From positions 186,001 through 250,000 of the IMG/VR virus record IMGVR_UViG_3300042566_001780: a stretch of 64,000 nucleotides of DNA, one strand, 5' to 3'. The stretch's first letter is position 1, and every line of letters starts with the position of its first letter. The notes beneath the pieces are model-generated. The model saw only the letters and a list, made by a program, of their open reading frames with translations, was not told the DNA's origin and ran no database searches. A program made the translations under genes and the position numbers. Shown here piece after piece: positions 8,375-16,987 of the stretch.

Positions 8375-9034
8375 TCAGTCAACATTTTTTGCAAAGATTG
8401 TATTCGCTAGTTTTATGCTTTCAAACTTTATATTTTCAACCTCTAATTCTGACATTTTTCTGCTTATCCCTAAAGTAACATATCCTTTAAATGAACCATA
8501 ATACGGCGGCAGCGCAACCCGACATATCACTGGTACCAACGATTTTCCTTCTGGGGAAAGCTTCATATTCAAAGTTTCTTCATACGGATGGCACGCAAAC
8601 TTGCTATTCATCAATTCAACAATTTGTTTATTTTCAATTTCACTAGATGTAAACAATAAATGAGACTTTCCATGTTCATTTACCGATTTCTCATAGAGAA
8701 TATTGCCCATGATTGAATCAGTATAAAAGAAAAAGGTTTCTCTTTGATTAATTGAAATGTTTGTATTAACGACAGCAGCAAATACAATAAGACTGTTTTT
8801 ATCAACCAGATTTTTAATAGCAGTTTTTAGTTCTTGATTTAGTTCAATCTCTTTAACATTTGGAATAGGCGTTTTTATTTTTGGGTCTACATCTAATAGA
8901 AAAGATCTTTGTTCAAATAATGTTATGGAAATTATGAGCGCAGCAGAGAATAGTGCTAATAACAAAACACGTGTAAACGATATCCATGTGAGAATTTTGC
9001 CCAATAATGGAAGGACTTTTTTGAGTAGGTCCAT
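8375..9034 (-). CDS. Holin-T-like membrane protein, paralog 2
   Basis: One N-terminal TM segment and a GAF-like C-domain with two Cys; CRVALPPYYGSFKGYVTLGISR. Start moved to ATG 9034 (AGGGAG RBS). Confidence 0.45.
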   Translation of the reverse strand: MDLLKKVLPLLGKILTWISFTRVLLLALFSAALIISITLFEQRSFLLDVDPKIKTPIPNVKEIELNQELKTAIKNLVDKNSLIVFAAVVNTNISINQRETFFFYTDSIMGNILYEKSVNEHGKSHLLFTSSEIENKQIVELMNSKFACHPYEETLNMKLSPEGKSLVPVICRVALPPYYGSFKGYVTLGISRKMSELEVENIKFESIKLANTIFAKNVD

Positions 9035-9056
9035 TGATTGCTCCCTTATTACCAAG

Positions 9057-9063
9057 TATTTAG
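9057..9063 (-). promoter_or_regulatory. Late-promoter-like box CTAAATA
   Basis: Upstream of ATG 9034. Confidence 0.6.
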
Positions 9064-9083
9064 AGAGCAGGTTGAAAACCGGG

Positions 9084-9734
9084 CTATTTTTGCTTCGTAA
9101 TGTCTCTTAAATAAATTTCCACCGCTAATCGAGAAGCTTCTAATTTAAGAGAATCTTTTTCCATGACATCTGGCATTCTAGATAATCCAAATGTCAAAAT
9201 ACCTACAAATCTTCCGTAAAATGGTGGTATTGCTAACTTGCAAATGACTGGGGTATTTTGAGAATATTTTTCGTAAATTGAATTTTTAGCAGAAGAGCAA
9301 ACAAATTCATTTCCAAGAACCGATACCATTTTATTGGTATTTTCTTGGTTAGCATCAAATACTTGATATGGTAATATTGATGCTGGGTCTGGTAACTGAA
9401 TATTGGTATCAATGTCAGCAAACCAGTATTTTATTTCTTGTCGGTTTAGTTGAAGATCAACTGAATTGACTGCTACTAATTTAACTAATTGGCTATTTGA
9501 AGATAGAGTAACAAGCTCAATAGCTGATTCTTCACTAACTTGCCAATTTGAACTTGCTGATTCTTTACTTCCATGCTGGACAATGTATTTGAAAATATCT
9601 TCACGATTTTCATATCCAACATAAAGTGTAGAAATAAAAATGCCAGAAAGCAGTGTAGCTAGAATTTTTTTGATAGTCAATTTATCTGAAATATCAAAAA
9701 TTATCTTGAGCCAATCAGTAGGTTTTGCAGCCAT
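9084..9734 (-). CDS. Holin-T-like membrane protein, paralog 1
   Basis: One TM segment and two Cys; CKLAIPPFYGRFVGILTFGLSR; paralog of 8375..9034. Confidence 0.45.
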   Translation of the reverse strand: MAAKPTDWLKIIFDISDKLTIKKILATLLSGIFISTLYVGYENREDIFKYIVQHGSKESASSNWQVSEESAIELVTLSSNSQLVKLVAVNSVDLQLNRQEIKYWFADIDTNIQLPDPASILPYQVFDANQENTNKMVSVLGNEFVCSSAKNSIYEKYSQNTPVICKLAIPPFYGRFVGILTFGLSRMPDVMEKDSLKLEASRLAVEIYLRDITKQK

Positions 9735-9763
9735 GATTAATTAAGAATAGAGAATTTGCTACA

Positions 9764-9771
9764 CTATTTAG
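9764..9771 (-). promoter_or_regulatory. Late-promoter-like box CTAAATAG
   Basis: About 30 bp upstream of 9734. Confidence 0.65.
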
Positions 9772-9804
9772 CTTAGACTTTTAGAAGTGAAGTAAAAATA
9801 TGAA

Positions 9805-10473
9805 TTAGTCAGAAAAAGGATCAATTATGACAGGAACATTACCCCGAAGCATGACATTTTCGGGATTAATGTCATTGCCTTGATGATTTAACATCAGATT
9901 AAAAACCAATTCAAAGAATTTTTCGTTTTTGATGATAGCATCCCTAATAGATTCCATAGCATCTTCATCATCTTTGTCAATGTCGCTAGTTGAGGGAATT
10001 GGCAAAGATAATACATAATCAGCTTTATCTTCAATTGATCCTAATAATAATTTGTCTTTGTCTAATTCCTCATTAGACATACCAATAATTTGAATGGCAT
10101 CTGAAAGACTAGAAATTCCATTAACATTTAGCGGCTTTAGCTTCTCTAACTTAACAAATTTGATAGTTGTGTCTTGCACTGGTTTTGCAAATTTTACTTT
10201 TTCTACTCTAACCTTGCTTAAAATTTTTGGAAAATGTTCATTGGGGTTATTTTGCACGAAATCTAAAAATCTTTCATACCCAGGATCTTTTTCCCAAACC
10301 CTCCAAACATAATTGTTTGATGGCTTAATGTCAAAAACCTTAGCATTCATACCGTCCTTAGCAGACACTTTTCTACTGGTTTCAGCATAACGAGAGACAA
10401 AATTAGCTAACTCAGTCTGGTATTTTATGTCTTCACCGCCACCTCTGAATAACAAAATTTCTAATAATTTCAT
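9805..10473 (-). CDS. Protein-kinase-like (PKL/APH fold) protein with an MKLLE leader
   Basis: DGMNAKVF (Gly loop), PNEHFPKI, catalytic DINPENVM, metal-binding IIDP. Confidence 0.65.
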   Translation of the reverse strand: MKLLEILLFRGGGEDIKYQTELANFVSRYAETSRKVSAKDGMNAKVFDIKPSNNYVWRVWEKDPGYERFLDFVQNNPNEHFPKILSKVRVEKVKFAKPVQDTTIKFVKLEKLKPLNVNGISSLSDAIQIIGMSNEELDKDKLLLGSIEDKADYVLSLPIPSTSDIDKDDEDAMESIRDAIIKNEKFFELVFNLMLNHQGNDINPENVMLRGNVPVIIDPFSD

Positions 10474-10943
10474 TTTAGATCCGAATAAATTCTGCCACCA
10501 ACATTGCCAATACCATCAAGAGATTCTAATTGATTGCGCCGACACCAAAAATCTTGGCCAACTTCTTTTGGCGCGCCATCTAAAGATTTTAAATTATTGT
10601 TACTGCAATCAAAACCACCATTAATCTCTCTAGGAGCACCCTTAAGAGAGGTTAATTGGTTGCTGAAGCACGTAAAATCGCGGCCAACTTCTCTAGGAGC
10701 AAATTTAAGAGAAGTCAATTGATTATCACTACAATAAAAGCTTCCACTAACTTCCCAAAATTTGACAGGGATGAAACTTAATCTTTTTCTGCTTAAATCA
10801 ACATCGCCATCAACATCTACCATAAGATTATCTCTTATGGTGTAGTTTCTGATATTCATTTTTTGCAACCATGCCTCAATTTCTTCTCTAGTCCGGAGAA
10901 ATTGATTACTGTCGTTTTCAAGTAGTTGTCTTAGTAGTTTCAT
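10470..10943 (-). CDS. Short leucine-rich-repeat protein with an MKLLRQLLE leader
   Basis: GSFYCSDNQLTSLKFAPREVG-type repeats; paralog of the C-terminal half of 4661..5842. Confidence 0.7.
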   Translation of the reverse strand: MKLLRQLLENDSNQFLRTREEIEAWLQKMNIRNYTIRDNLMVDVDGDVDLSRKRLSFIPVKFWEVSGSFYCSDNQLTSLKFAPREVGRDFTCFSNQLTSLKGAPREINGGFDCSNNNLKSLDGAPKEVGQDFWCRRNQLESLDGIGNVGGRIYSDLK

Positions 10944-10962
10944 TCTATAACCCAAAAATATG

Positions 10963-10989
10963 AAATGGGGAAGAATTTCTTCCCCATTT
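10963..10989. terminator. 13-bp inverted repeat, terminator-like
   Basis: AAATGGGGAAGAA-t-TTCTTCCCCATTT. Confidence 0.7.
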
Positions 10990-10994
10990 TCCTA

Positions 10995-12818
10995 TCACTT
11001 CAACTTCATAGATTCGTCTTCAATTGACATTTTGTTATCAGTCGATGGCCATGCATAGATGTAATTACCAGCATGATCTTGTACTAACAAGAAGGTGTAG
11101 TTAGCAAAAGTGTAAACCTTCATTTCAGCTTTATAGCCAGGAATACGCTCGCTAAACTCCATTGAGGCATCAGTACTCTTAGTACCAAATTTCACTAAGA
11201 AATTAGCAACTGCATTGATTTCCGCAGATGTATTTGGACCCATACCACCTAAACTTGCAATGACTTGAATATCTTCAATCTTAGTAGAGGTGAATGGAGA
11301 AAACACTTGACGACCAATAGCGCGAATACCAGCACTCATATAACCGGGTAGATTCTTAACCATGTGCCAATCAGGATTTTGCATGCCTGCTACTTTCAGC
11401 GCATTACCCATAATAGCAGGAAGATTTGCCGGTTTTGGCTTAGTCACATCATATTGTGGCACTGATACATCGGTAGACGGCTCAGGAATCTCATCAGTAA
11501 GACCACTCAAATCCATATTCATAAAGTAAAGAATAGATTGACGATCTAATTGAACACCCTTCATAGCATCATCAGTTTGACCTTTTGATGCTTGATTAAG
11601 CTTCATTGCTTTTTCTTGCCAACCATCCTTCTTATCAGCCTTTTCATCATCTTTGCGAAGGCCTGGCAACTTATCATTACGATCACCAAAGTTCATATTT
11701 GAAAATGATGACTTGAATGATTGTTTAGTCTTAGTTGGCTTCGGCTGATCATCTTCATCATCTACGACTTCAAAATTTTCATCAAGTTTTGCTTTGGATA
11801 AGTCCGGACTGTCCAAGCCAATAAAACGATAATCTGAAGAACCATATCCAGATGACACGAATTTCATCTTATTGTCTTTGATAAATTCGACAATCTTTTT
11901 ATGGAATTCTGGTTTAATAGGACCATTCTTTGGACCTTTTAATTGCTTGATGGTCTTTTCATCTGATGATAATTCAAATGTAGCTACCGGTAAACCTTCC
12001 TCATCTTGGACGGATAAAATAACAACAGACTTATTATTGACTTGGGAACCATAGGTAGCAACGCAATGCCCCATTGTCTTGCCTTCGCAATCAGTATAAG
12101 AAGAATTCAGCGCGCGAACAATTCTAGAGCCATCTGGGAATTTCTTAACGACTTCAAAATCAGTTCCTTCCTTAAGGCCACGATACATTTGCTTGGACTG
12201 TTCTTTTGAAAGTTTATCTTTTTGACGTTCTAAATACACGTGATAGGAATATGCATTTTCAATAGCATCCACAGGAGAAAGCTTCGTAAGATCACGAACA
12301 AAATAATTATCAGGCATCAACTGATAATTGCGCTCTTCTTGATTGATAGCAACAGCATTTAAATAGTCGATTAGTTCACCTGTGAGTTTTTGTGTGACTG
12401 ATGGTAAGCGAGTTAATCTGCGGCCACCGGCAAAAATCATAGCATTTTCTCTATCATTGCGTATGTATTCTGGGAAGGCAGCCACAATTTCTTCTTCTGA
12501 CATATCGTCAAATTCGTCTTGAAGATCTTCGAGAACCTCAGTGAACTTAGGATATAATGCACTACGGAACTTCTTTTCAGGTGTAAAGCTATTGTGATCA
12601 TCGTAGCCCTTTGCTTCATTCTTTAACCAATTTTTGAAGTTGCCATTGAACCAAGCTATGACTTTCTCTTGACTGGTGCGGGTCTTTACGCTCTTTGTAA
12701 GATATGCTTCGAAGATAGAATTAAAGCTAGCAAGATTTTCAATCACTCGCCCATCTTTATCTTTCAAGTTGATGTCTACGTTACCACCGTTTGCAAAGTT
12801 TGCTTCGAATAAATACAT
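10995..12818 (-). CDS. PcfJ-domain protein fused to a conserved phage C-terminal domain
   Basis: EGKTMGHCVATY...VATFEL...IKQLKGPKN (PcfJ-like); C-terminal PDWHMVKNLPGY domain. Start MYLFEA after a GGAG RBS. Confidence 0.6.
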   Translation of the reverse strand: MYLFEANFANGGNVDINLKDKDGRVIENLASFNSIFEAYLTKSVKTRTSQEKVIAWFNGNFKNWLKNEAKGYDDHNSFTPEKKFRSALYPKFTEVLEDLQDEFDDMSEEEIVAAFPEYIRNDRENAMIFAGGRRLTRLPSVTQKLTGELIDYLNAVAINQEERNYQLMPDNYFVRDLTKLSPVDAIENAYSYHVYLERQKDKLSKEQSKQMYRGLKEGTDFEVVKKFPDGSRIVRALNSSYTDCEGKTMGHCVATYGSQVNNKSVVILSVQDEEGLPVATFELSSDEKTIKQLKGPKNGPIKPEFHKKIVEFIKDNKMKFVSSGYGSSDYRFIGLDSPDLSKAKLDENFEVVDDEDDQPKPTKTKQSFKSSFSNMNFGDRNDKLPGLRKDDEKADKKDGWQEKAMKLNQASKGQTDDAMKGVQLDRQSILYFMNMDLSGLTDEIPEPSTDVSVPQYDVTKPKPANLPAIMGNALKVAGMQNPDWHMVKNLPGYMSAGIRAIGRQVFSPFTSTKIEDIQVIASLGGMGPNTSAEINAVANFLVKFGTKSTDASMEFSERIPGYKAEMKVYTFANYTFLLVQDHAGNYIYAWPSTDNKMSIEDESMKLK

Positions 12819-12848
12819 GTTTGGAATCTCCAATAAATTAAACTCAAT

Positions 12849-12856
12849 CTATTTAG
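12849..12856 (-). promoter_or_regulatory. Late-promoter-like box CTAAATAG
   Basis: About 30 bp upstream of 12818. Confidence 0.65.
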
Positions 12857-12866
12857 TGAAATCATC

Positions 12867-13340
12867 ATGAATATTAAAGATGCCGAGCAGTTTTCCAAGA
12901 TCATTTTCTATGGAACTATTGCAACTTCCTTAGTTCTGTCATTCTATTTTTGGCCAAATTTTCTTTATGTGATTCTCGTTTGGGTCCTAGCAGTACCAAG
13001 TGCTCTTGCTATTGCCTTCATCACTGGGATTATTTTGTCCATGATGGGTGAAGAAAAACTAGATGATCAAGACGAAGAAGATGAAGATCTGAGGGCTTAT
13101 GTCATAGCGCAAGAACAGTTGATCCTTTCAAAATCTGAAGTGATTCTTGGCACATTCAAAGATGAATCTATCTATGAGTGGATTGAAATTGAAAATCCAG
13201 AAACAAAGCAACCATTGAAACTTTGGTTTGATGGTACTTACAACATTGACAATGCTGATAACTTTGAGCCTCCTGAAAATATTTGGTGGGCACTGATTCA
13301 GCCAGGAATTCTTTATGTCGAAAAAGATGCTACCGCATAA
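12867..13340 (+). CDS. Hypothetical membrane protein (two TM segments, acidic C-domain)
   Basis: Hydrophobic aa 11-60. Confidence 0.6.
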   Translation: MNIKDAEQFSKIIFYGTIATSLVLSFYFWPNFLYVILVWVLAVPSALAIAFITGIILSMMGEEKLDDQDEEDEDLRAYVIAQEQLILSKSEVILGTFKDESIYEWIEIENPETKQPLKLWFDGTYNIDNADNFEPPENIWWALIQPGILYVEKDATA

Positions 13341-13542
13341 TCTAACAACTCTGCATCAACAACTCATTACCCTTCATGCTAAAGGCATGTTTGGGGATCC
13401 AAATGATCAACTTATTCTTGATGCCTTCGACGAATTTGTTGATCTTGTGGCCGAAAGTAGTGTACAATCAATCAACATCACGCCAATGCAAAAGATCATG
13501 GGTCAGATGTTCATCCAAATGATTGAAGAGAACTATTCATGA
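13315..13542 (+). CDS. Hypothetical protein
   Basis: 75-aa ORF coupled to its neighbours. Confidence 0.5.
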   Translation: MSKKMLPHNLTTLHQQLITLHAKGMFGDPNDQLILDAFDEFVDLVAESSVQSINITPMQKIMGQMFIQMIEENYS

Positions 13543-14174
13543 AACCGAATTTTGACAAGCTTTTGATTTCTGCACGTTACTGGATTTTGGGGATGGCTCA
13601 GAATGACGAGTCTTACTACAAAGTCTCAGAAGCTCTGGAATTTGCGCTCATCCACCACAACGGCAAACGAAATGGTGGTGATCACGAGTTCATTCACCAG
13701 CTTGGGATTTTTCATAATCTCCGCACTCTCCACCGGCACATTGAAAATCCAGTAAATGTCTACATTCTTGCTTTTCTTCATGATGTAGTTGAAGACAAGA
13801 ATGTACCACTTGAAGAAATCGCTCGTCGTTTTGGGACTGAAATTGCTCAAAAAGTTGATCTTCTGAGCAAGGAAGTTCTTGGCAAAAAGAAAGATAACTA
13901 TTCTTTGAATGCTGCATTTGCAGATGTCGACGCTTCGATTGTCAAAATTGCAGATCGTATCAACAATGTCTCGTCAATGGTTGGTGTCTTTAAACAAGCC
14001 CGGCTTCTCCGCTACTACAATGAAACAAATGAAATCTTCTTCCCGCTCATCAAAGAAGCCCGTCGCAACTTCCCGCACCAGGAAGCCATCTACGAAAACT
14101 TCAAGCTCCAACTGGTTAACCAACTCCTACTGGTCGGGCAGCTTCTCAACTTCATGCCCGATGAGCCAAAATAA
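13539..14174 (+). CDS. HD-domain (p)ppGpp-hydrolase-like protein (small alarmone hydrolase family)
   Basis: ALEFALIHHNGKRNGG..FIH, LHDVVED, IVKIADRINN. Confidence 0.75.
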   Translation: MKPNFDKLLISARYWILGMAQNDESYYKVSEALEFALIHHNGKRNGGDHEFIHQLGIFHNLRTLHRHIENPVNVYILAFLHDVVEDKNVPLEEIARRFGTEIAQKVDLLSKEVLGKKKDNYSLNAAFADVDASIVKIADRINNVSSMVGVFKQARLLRYYNETNEIFFPLIKEARRNFPHQEAIYENFKLQLVNQLLLVGQLLNFMPDEPK

Positions 14175-14231
14175 TCATCAATGGAAATTGCCTTATCTTG
14201 GGCCGATGGCCTGGGATAATGGGAGCAATGG

Positions 14232-14768
14232 ATGATCAGGGCCATTGTAGCAGTTGATGCATCTAACGCCATTGGATGGTCTAATGGCGATTTGCCTTGG
14301 AAGATTCCTTATGATCTGAAAAGATTCAAGGAATTGACTAGTGGCTCTACAATAGCCATGGGATCAAACACCTGGAAGTCCCTGAATCGCCCTGAAGGCC
14401 TTCCTAATAGACGCAATGTGGTTATTAGCTCCCAAGAACGAGAGTCTCTGAATGCTTCTGGTGACATCCAGATAATCAAATCTATTGAAGATCTTTCAGA
14501 GCAAAATGATTACTGGGTAATCGGCGGATCTCAAATCTATGGTAGCTTTTTGGCTCTAGATCTAATTGATGAAATGCACATTACATTTGTCCATGAAAGT
14601 TCAAATGCAGATGTCAAATTTCCAGTTGATTTGTACAATTGGAAATTATTCATGATCCAACAAAGATCAATTGGACGCCCCTGGCAACTAGATGATTTGG
14701 TTATCCCGCAGCTTGGGGTTGACGTACCAATACCAATTACAATTTTGACAGTAAGTAGACAACGCTGA
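14232..14768 (+). CDS. frd: Dihydrofolate reductase
   Basis: AIVAVD..NAIG..GDLPWKIPYDLKRFKELT, MGSNTW.SL, LPNRRNVVIS, VIGGSQIY. Confidence 0.95.
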   Translation: MIRAIVAVDASNAIGWSNGDLPWKIPYDLKRFKELTSGSTIAMGSNTWKSLNRPEGLPNRRNVVISSQERESLNASGDIQIIKSIEDLSEQNDYWVIGGSQIYGSFLALDLIDEMHITFVHESSNADVKFPVDLYNWKLFMIQQRSIGRPWQLDDLVIPQLGVDVPIPITILTVSRQR

Positions 14769-14793
14769 AAAGGGATCCAATTGGATCCCTTTT
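14768..14793. terminator. Perfect 26-bp palindrome, bidirectional terminator between convergent genes
   Basis: AAAAGGGATCCAATTGGATCCCTTTT. Confidence 0.8.
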
Positions 14794-14847
14794 TCATTTG
14801 TGCTTCATTTGTGCTTCATTTGTGCTTCATTTGTGCTTCATTTGTGT
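14793..14847. repeat. 11-bp tandem repeat, 5 copies (TTCATTTGTGC)
   Basis: Read directly; the last copy ends in T. Confidence 0.95.
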
Positions 14848-15555
14848 AAAGCTTAGAGGTTCTGCTCCAGACCCTCGGCAGAATCGGCCTTCATACAAAT
14901 AATACCAATCACCATAATCACCGTCTTCAACATCTGCTACTTCAAGTCTAATATCATATTCGCCCGGTACTGATTTGAGTGAAGTGACACCAATAGCGGC
15001 TAAAGCTTCTTTGACAGATTGGTAGGTGGTCTTATTATCATTTTGCTCTACAATCACGCCCATAATCTCAACAAGATCTGCACCTTGATTAGATGAGTTG
15101 TATGTAGCTAAAACAGTCATTCCGGCCTTCAGCCGTGAGGCCAGGACACTTCCAGCACTAGTGAATGTAGTACCATTAGGTAGCTCTAAATCTTCACCAC
15201 CCTTAGTCACTGAAGCCACTATATCTAAAGCGTTACGAGATTTAGTATAACCAGATCTCATATCAGAAAGTTTAGCTTCTTTGATAGGAGTTGCTCTCTT
15301 AGCAATAGATGAAAATTCATTTATTGAATCAGATAGCAATTGAAACTTTTTAGTCATGTCTTTTAATGACTTTTTCATTTCCATTAATTTTGGATCTTGT
15401 GAAATTGAATTTAATTCAGCTTCAGAAAATGCGTCTTTAAGCTGAAGCTTTGCATTTTCTAATTTATTAGCTAATTGAACTGCAGATGACTCAGCCACTT
15501 GAGTAACAGGCGGCTTAAACAACGCAGCTAATTGACGAAGATTATTAAATGACAT
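14827..15555 (-). CDS. Hypothetical late (probably internal virion) protein
   Basis: Start MSFNNLRQLAALF follows a late box; candidate x-x-E cleavage sites (VAE, IKE). Confidence 0.55.
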   Translation of the reverse strand: MSFNNLRQLAALFKPPVTQVAESSAVQLANKLENAKLQLKDAFSEAELNSISQDPKLMEMKKSLKDMTKKFQLLSDSINEFSSIAKRATPIKEAKLSDMRSGYTKSRNALDIVASVTKGGEDLELPNGTTFTSAGSVLASRLKAGMTVLATYNSSNQGADLVEIMGVIVEQNDNKTTYQSVKEALAAIGVTSLKSVPGEYDIRLEVADVEDGDYGDWYYLYEGRFCRGSGAEPLSFTQMKHK

Positions 15556-15584
15556 TTCGCAAAATCCTAGTAATGAAGACTTAT

Positions 15585-15591
15585 TATTTAG
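15585..15591 (-). promoter_or_regulatory. Late-promoter-like box CTAAATA
   Basis: About 30 bp upstream of ATG 15555. Confidence 0.6.
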
Positions 15592-15618
15592 TAAGTTAAG
15601 AAGACTTTCAACCAAAAA

Positions 15619-16128
15619 TCACTTCTTTAGTGCAATTAATCGCACATCATGCTCTTTGGTGATTAAAAGATCATCAGTGTACAGATAATCTAATGAACAC
15701 CAGATCTCATTGTCTTCAATAAAAACTTGTGATGATTGATCAGTTTTCAAATCGAAAGCATAGATGTCAAAGTTATTTTTTCGTATCAATTTAAACCAAA
15801 AAGCTCTGGCAAATTTTGTTTGTGATTTACCAGAGCTTAAGATTAGATGTTGATCAATTACTATTTGATAGAGCTTTTCTGTTATAGATTTTCCTCGAAA
15901 TCCTTTATCAACCCAAACATAATCAACTTCCCAATAGTAGGTATTTTTGGGATTTCGTAGAATCAAAAAACCAATTAATTTTGAATTTGAAAACTTGAAT
16001 GTGACTAAACGTCTTGGATTCAAATAATGAAAGCCATAACTATTCTTTAAATGCTGAATCTTTTTCAATAACCACTTTTTTGCATCTTCAGCATTTGAAA
16101 TAGTAATGGCTCTCTCAAGAATCAACAT
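15619..16128 (-). CDS. GNAT-fold acetyltransferase-like protein
   Basis: EVDYVWVDKGFRGKSITEKLY (motif A), SQTKFARAFW. Confidence 0.65.
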   Translation of the reverse strand: MLILERAITISNAEDAKKWLLKKIQHLKNSYGFHYLNPRRLVTFKFSNSKLIGFLILRNPKNTYYWEVDYVWVDKGFRGKSITEKLYQIVIDQHLILSSGKSQTKFARAFWFKLIRKNNFDIYAFDLKTDQSSQVFIEDNEIWCSLDYLYTDDLLITKEHDVRLIALKK

Positions 16129-16129
16129 C

Positions 16130-16546
16130 TTAGATTCTTCTACGCAATAATCCAGATTTCAGATCTTTCAGCATCTCTTCAGTCACTAGTTGATCACCGC
16201 CTTTGTTGTAGGCTGGAGCAACCATGAATTTCTTAGATTTTGCTTCAAGTTCACGCCTCAACATTTCCGGATCATCCTTAAATTGAATTTCGGGACGATC
16301 AACTGGTTTTGTAGCGGTACCAAATGATGTAGACTTTGGTGCTGTAGCAAGGCGCGATTCATCAATGAAAACAGTCTTTACGACTGGATCAATTTTCTTT
16401 GTTGTCTTTTTGGTTGGCTTCCCGTGACCAAGTGTCATAGAGTTAACACTAGTCAGCCATTTTTGGTAATCTTCTTGTTCTTTTTGCCAACCTGGCTTTT
16501 TCTTAGTCTTGGCTTTCTTAGAAAAGACTTTAATAATTTGCGTCAT
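16130..16546 (-). CDS. Conserved hypothetical basic protein of T4-like phages
   Basis: C-terminal VAPAYNKG motif. Confidence 0.55.
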   Translation of the reverse strand: MTQIIKVFSKKAKTKKKPGWQKEQEDYQKWLTSVNSMTLGHGKPTKKTTKKIDPVVKTVFIDESRLATAPKSTSFGTATKPVDRPEIQFKDDPEMLRRELEAKSKKFMVAPAYNKGGDQLVTEEMLKDLKSGLLRRRI

Positions 16547-16980
16547 TGATCAGACTCAGAAGTTTCGACAGTTGGCCAAATTATATCATATGGGAATCCT
16601 GGCTGAGCGGTGATATCGCGAAGAGCTTGACGATAAGTTGCCCATGCTACTCGATCAACTGGTGCATCTAATACCTGTGTCCAATCTGACTCTGATAAAA
16701 GTCTATTTCTAAAGTCTCGTGCAGACTGAGCCACTATCTGTTCTTCTAAAGCTAATTCTTCTTCAGTCTTTGAAACTATTGACCAAGTCAATGATACAGA
16801 ATCCCATTCTAGTTTTTCACTAGGAGAATTAACAATTGGTGGGTTTTCAACTAAAACATACCCGGCGTCTGCTAATTCTTCACTAGTGAATGTAGCCGGA
16901 TCTGTACGGGTAGTCCCATTAGATAAAGTAATTCTAAATGGAAGTTGACGTGGATATTGATTATTAAGTGAGTATAGCAT
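16543..16980 (-). CDS. Tail-fibre assembly chaperone
   Basis: RNRLLSESDWTQVLDAP...WATYRQALRDITAQPGFPYDIIWP. Confidence 0.85.
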   Translation of the reverse strand: MLYSLNNQYPRQLPFRITLSNGTTRTDPATFTSEELADAGYVLVENPPIVNSPSEKLEWDSVSLTWSIVSKTEEELALEEQIVAQSARDFRNRLLSESDWTQVLDAPVDRVAWATYRQALRDITAQPGFPYDIIWPTVETSESDQ

Positions 16981-16987
16981 AATTAGT

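Noticed and set aside
14793-14847. CRISPR array
   Set aside because: The 11-bp units are contiguous with no spacers, and there are no cas genes.
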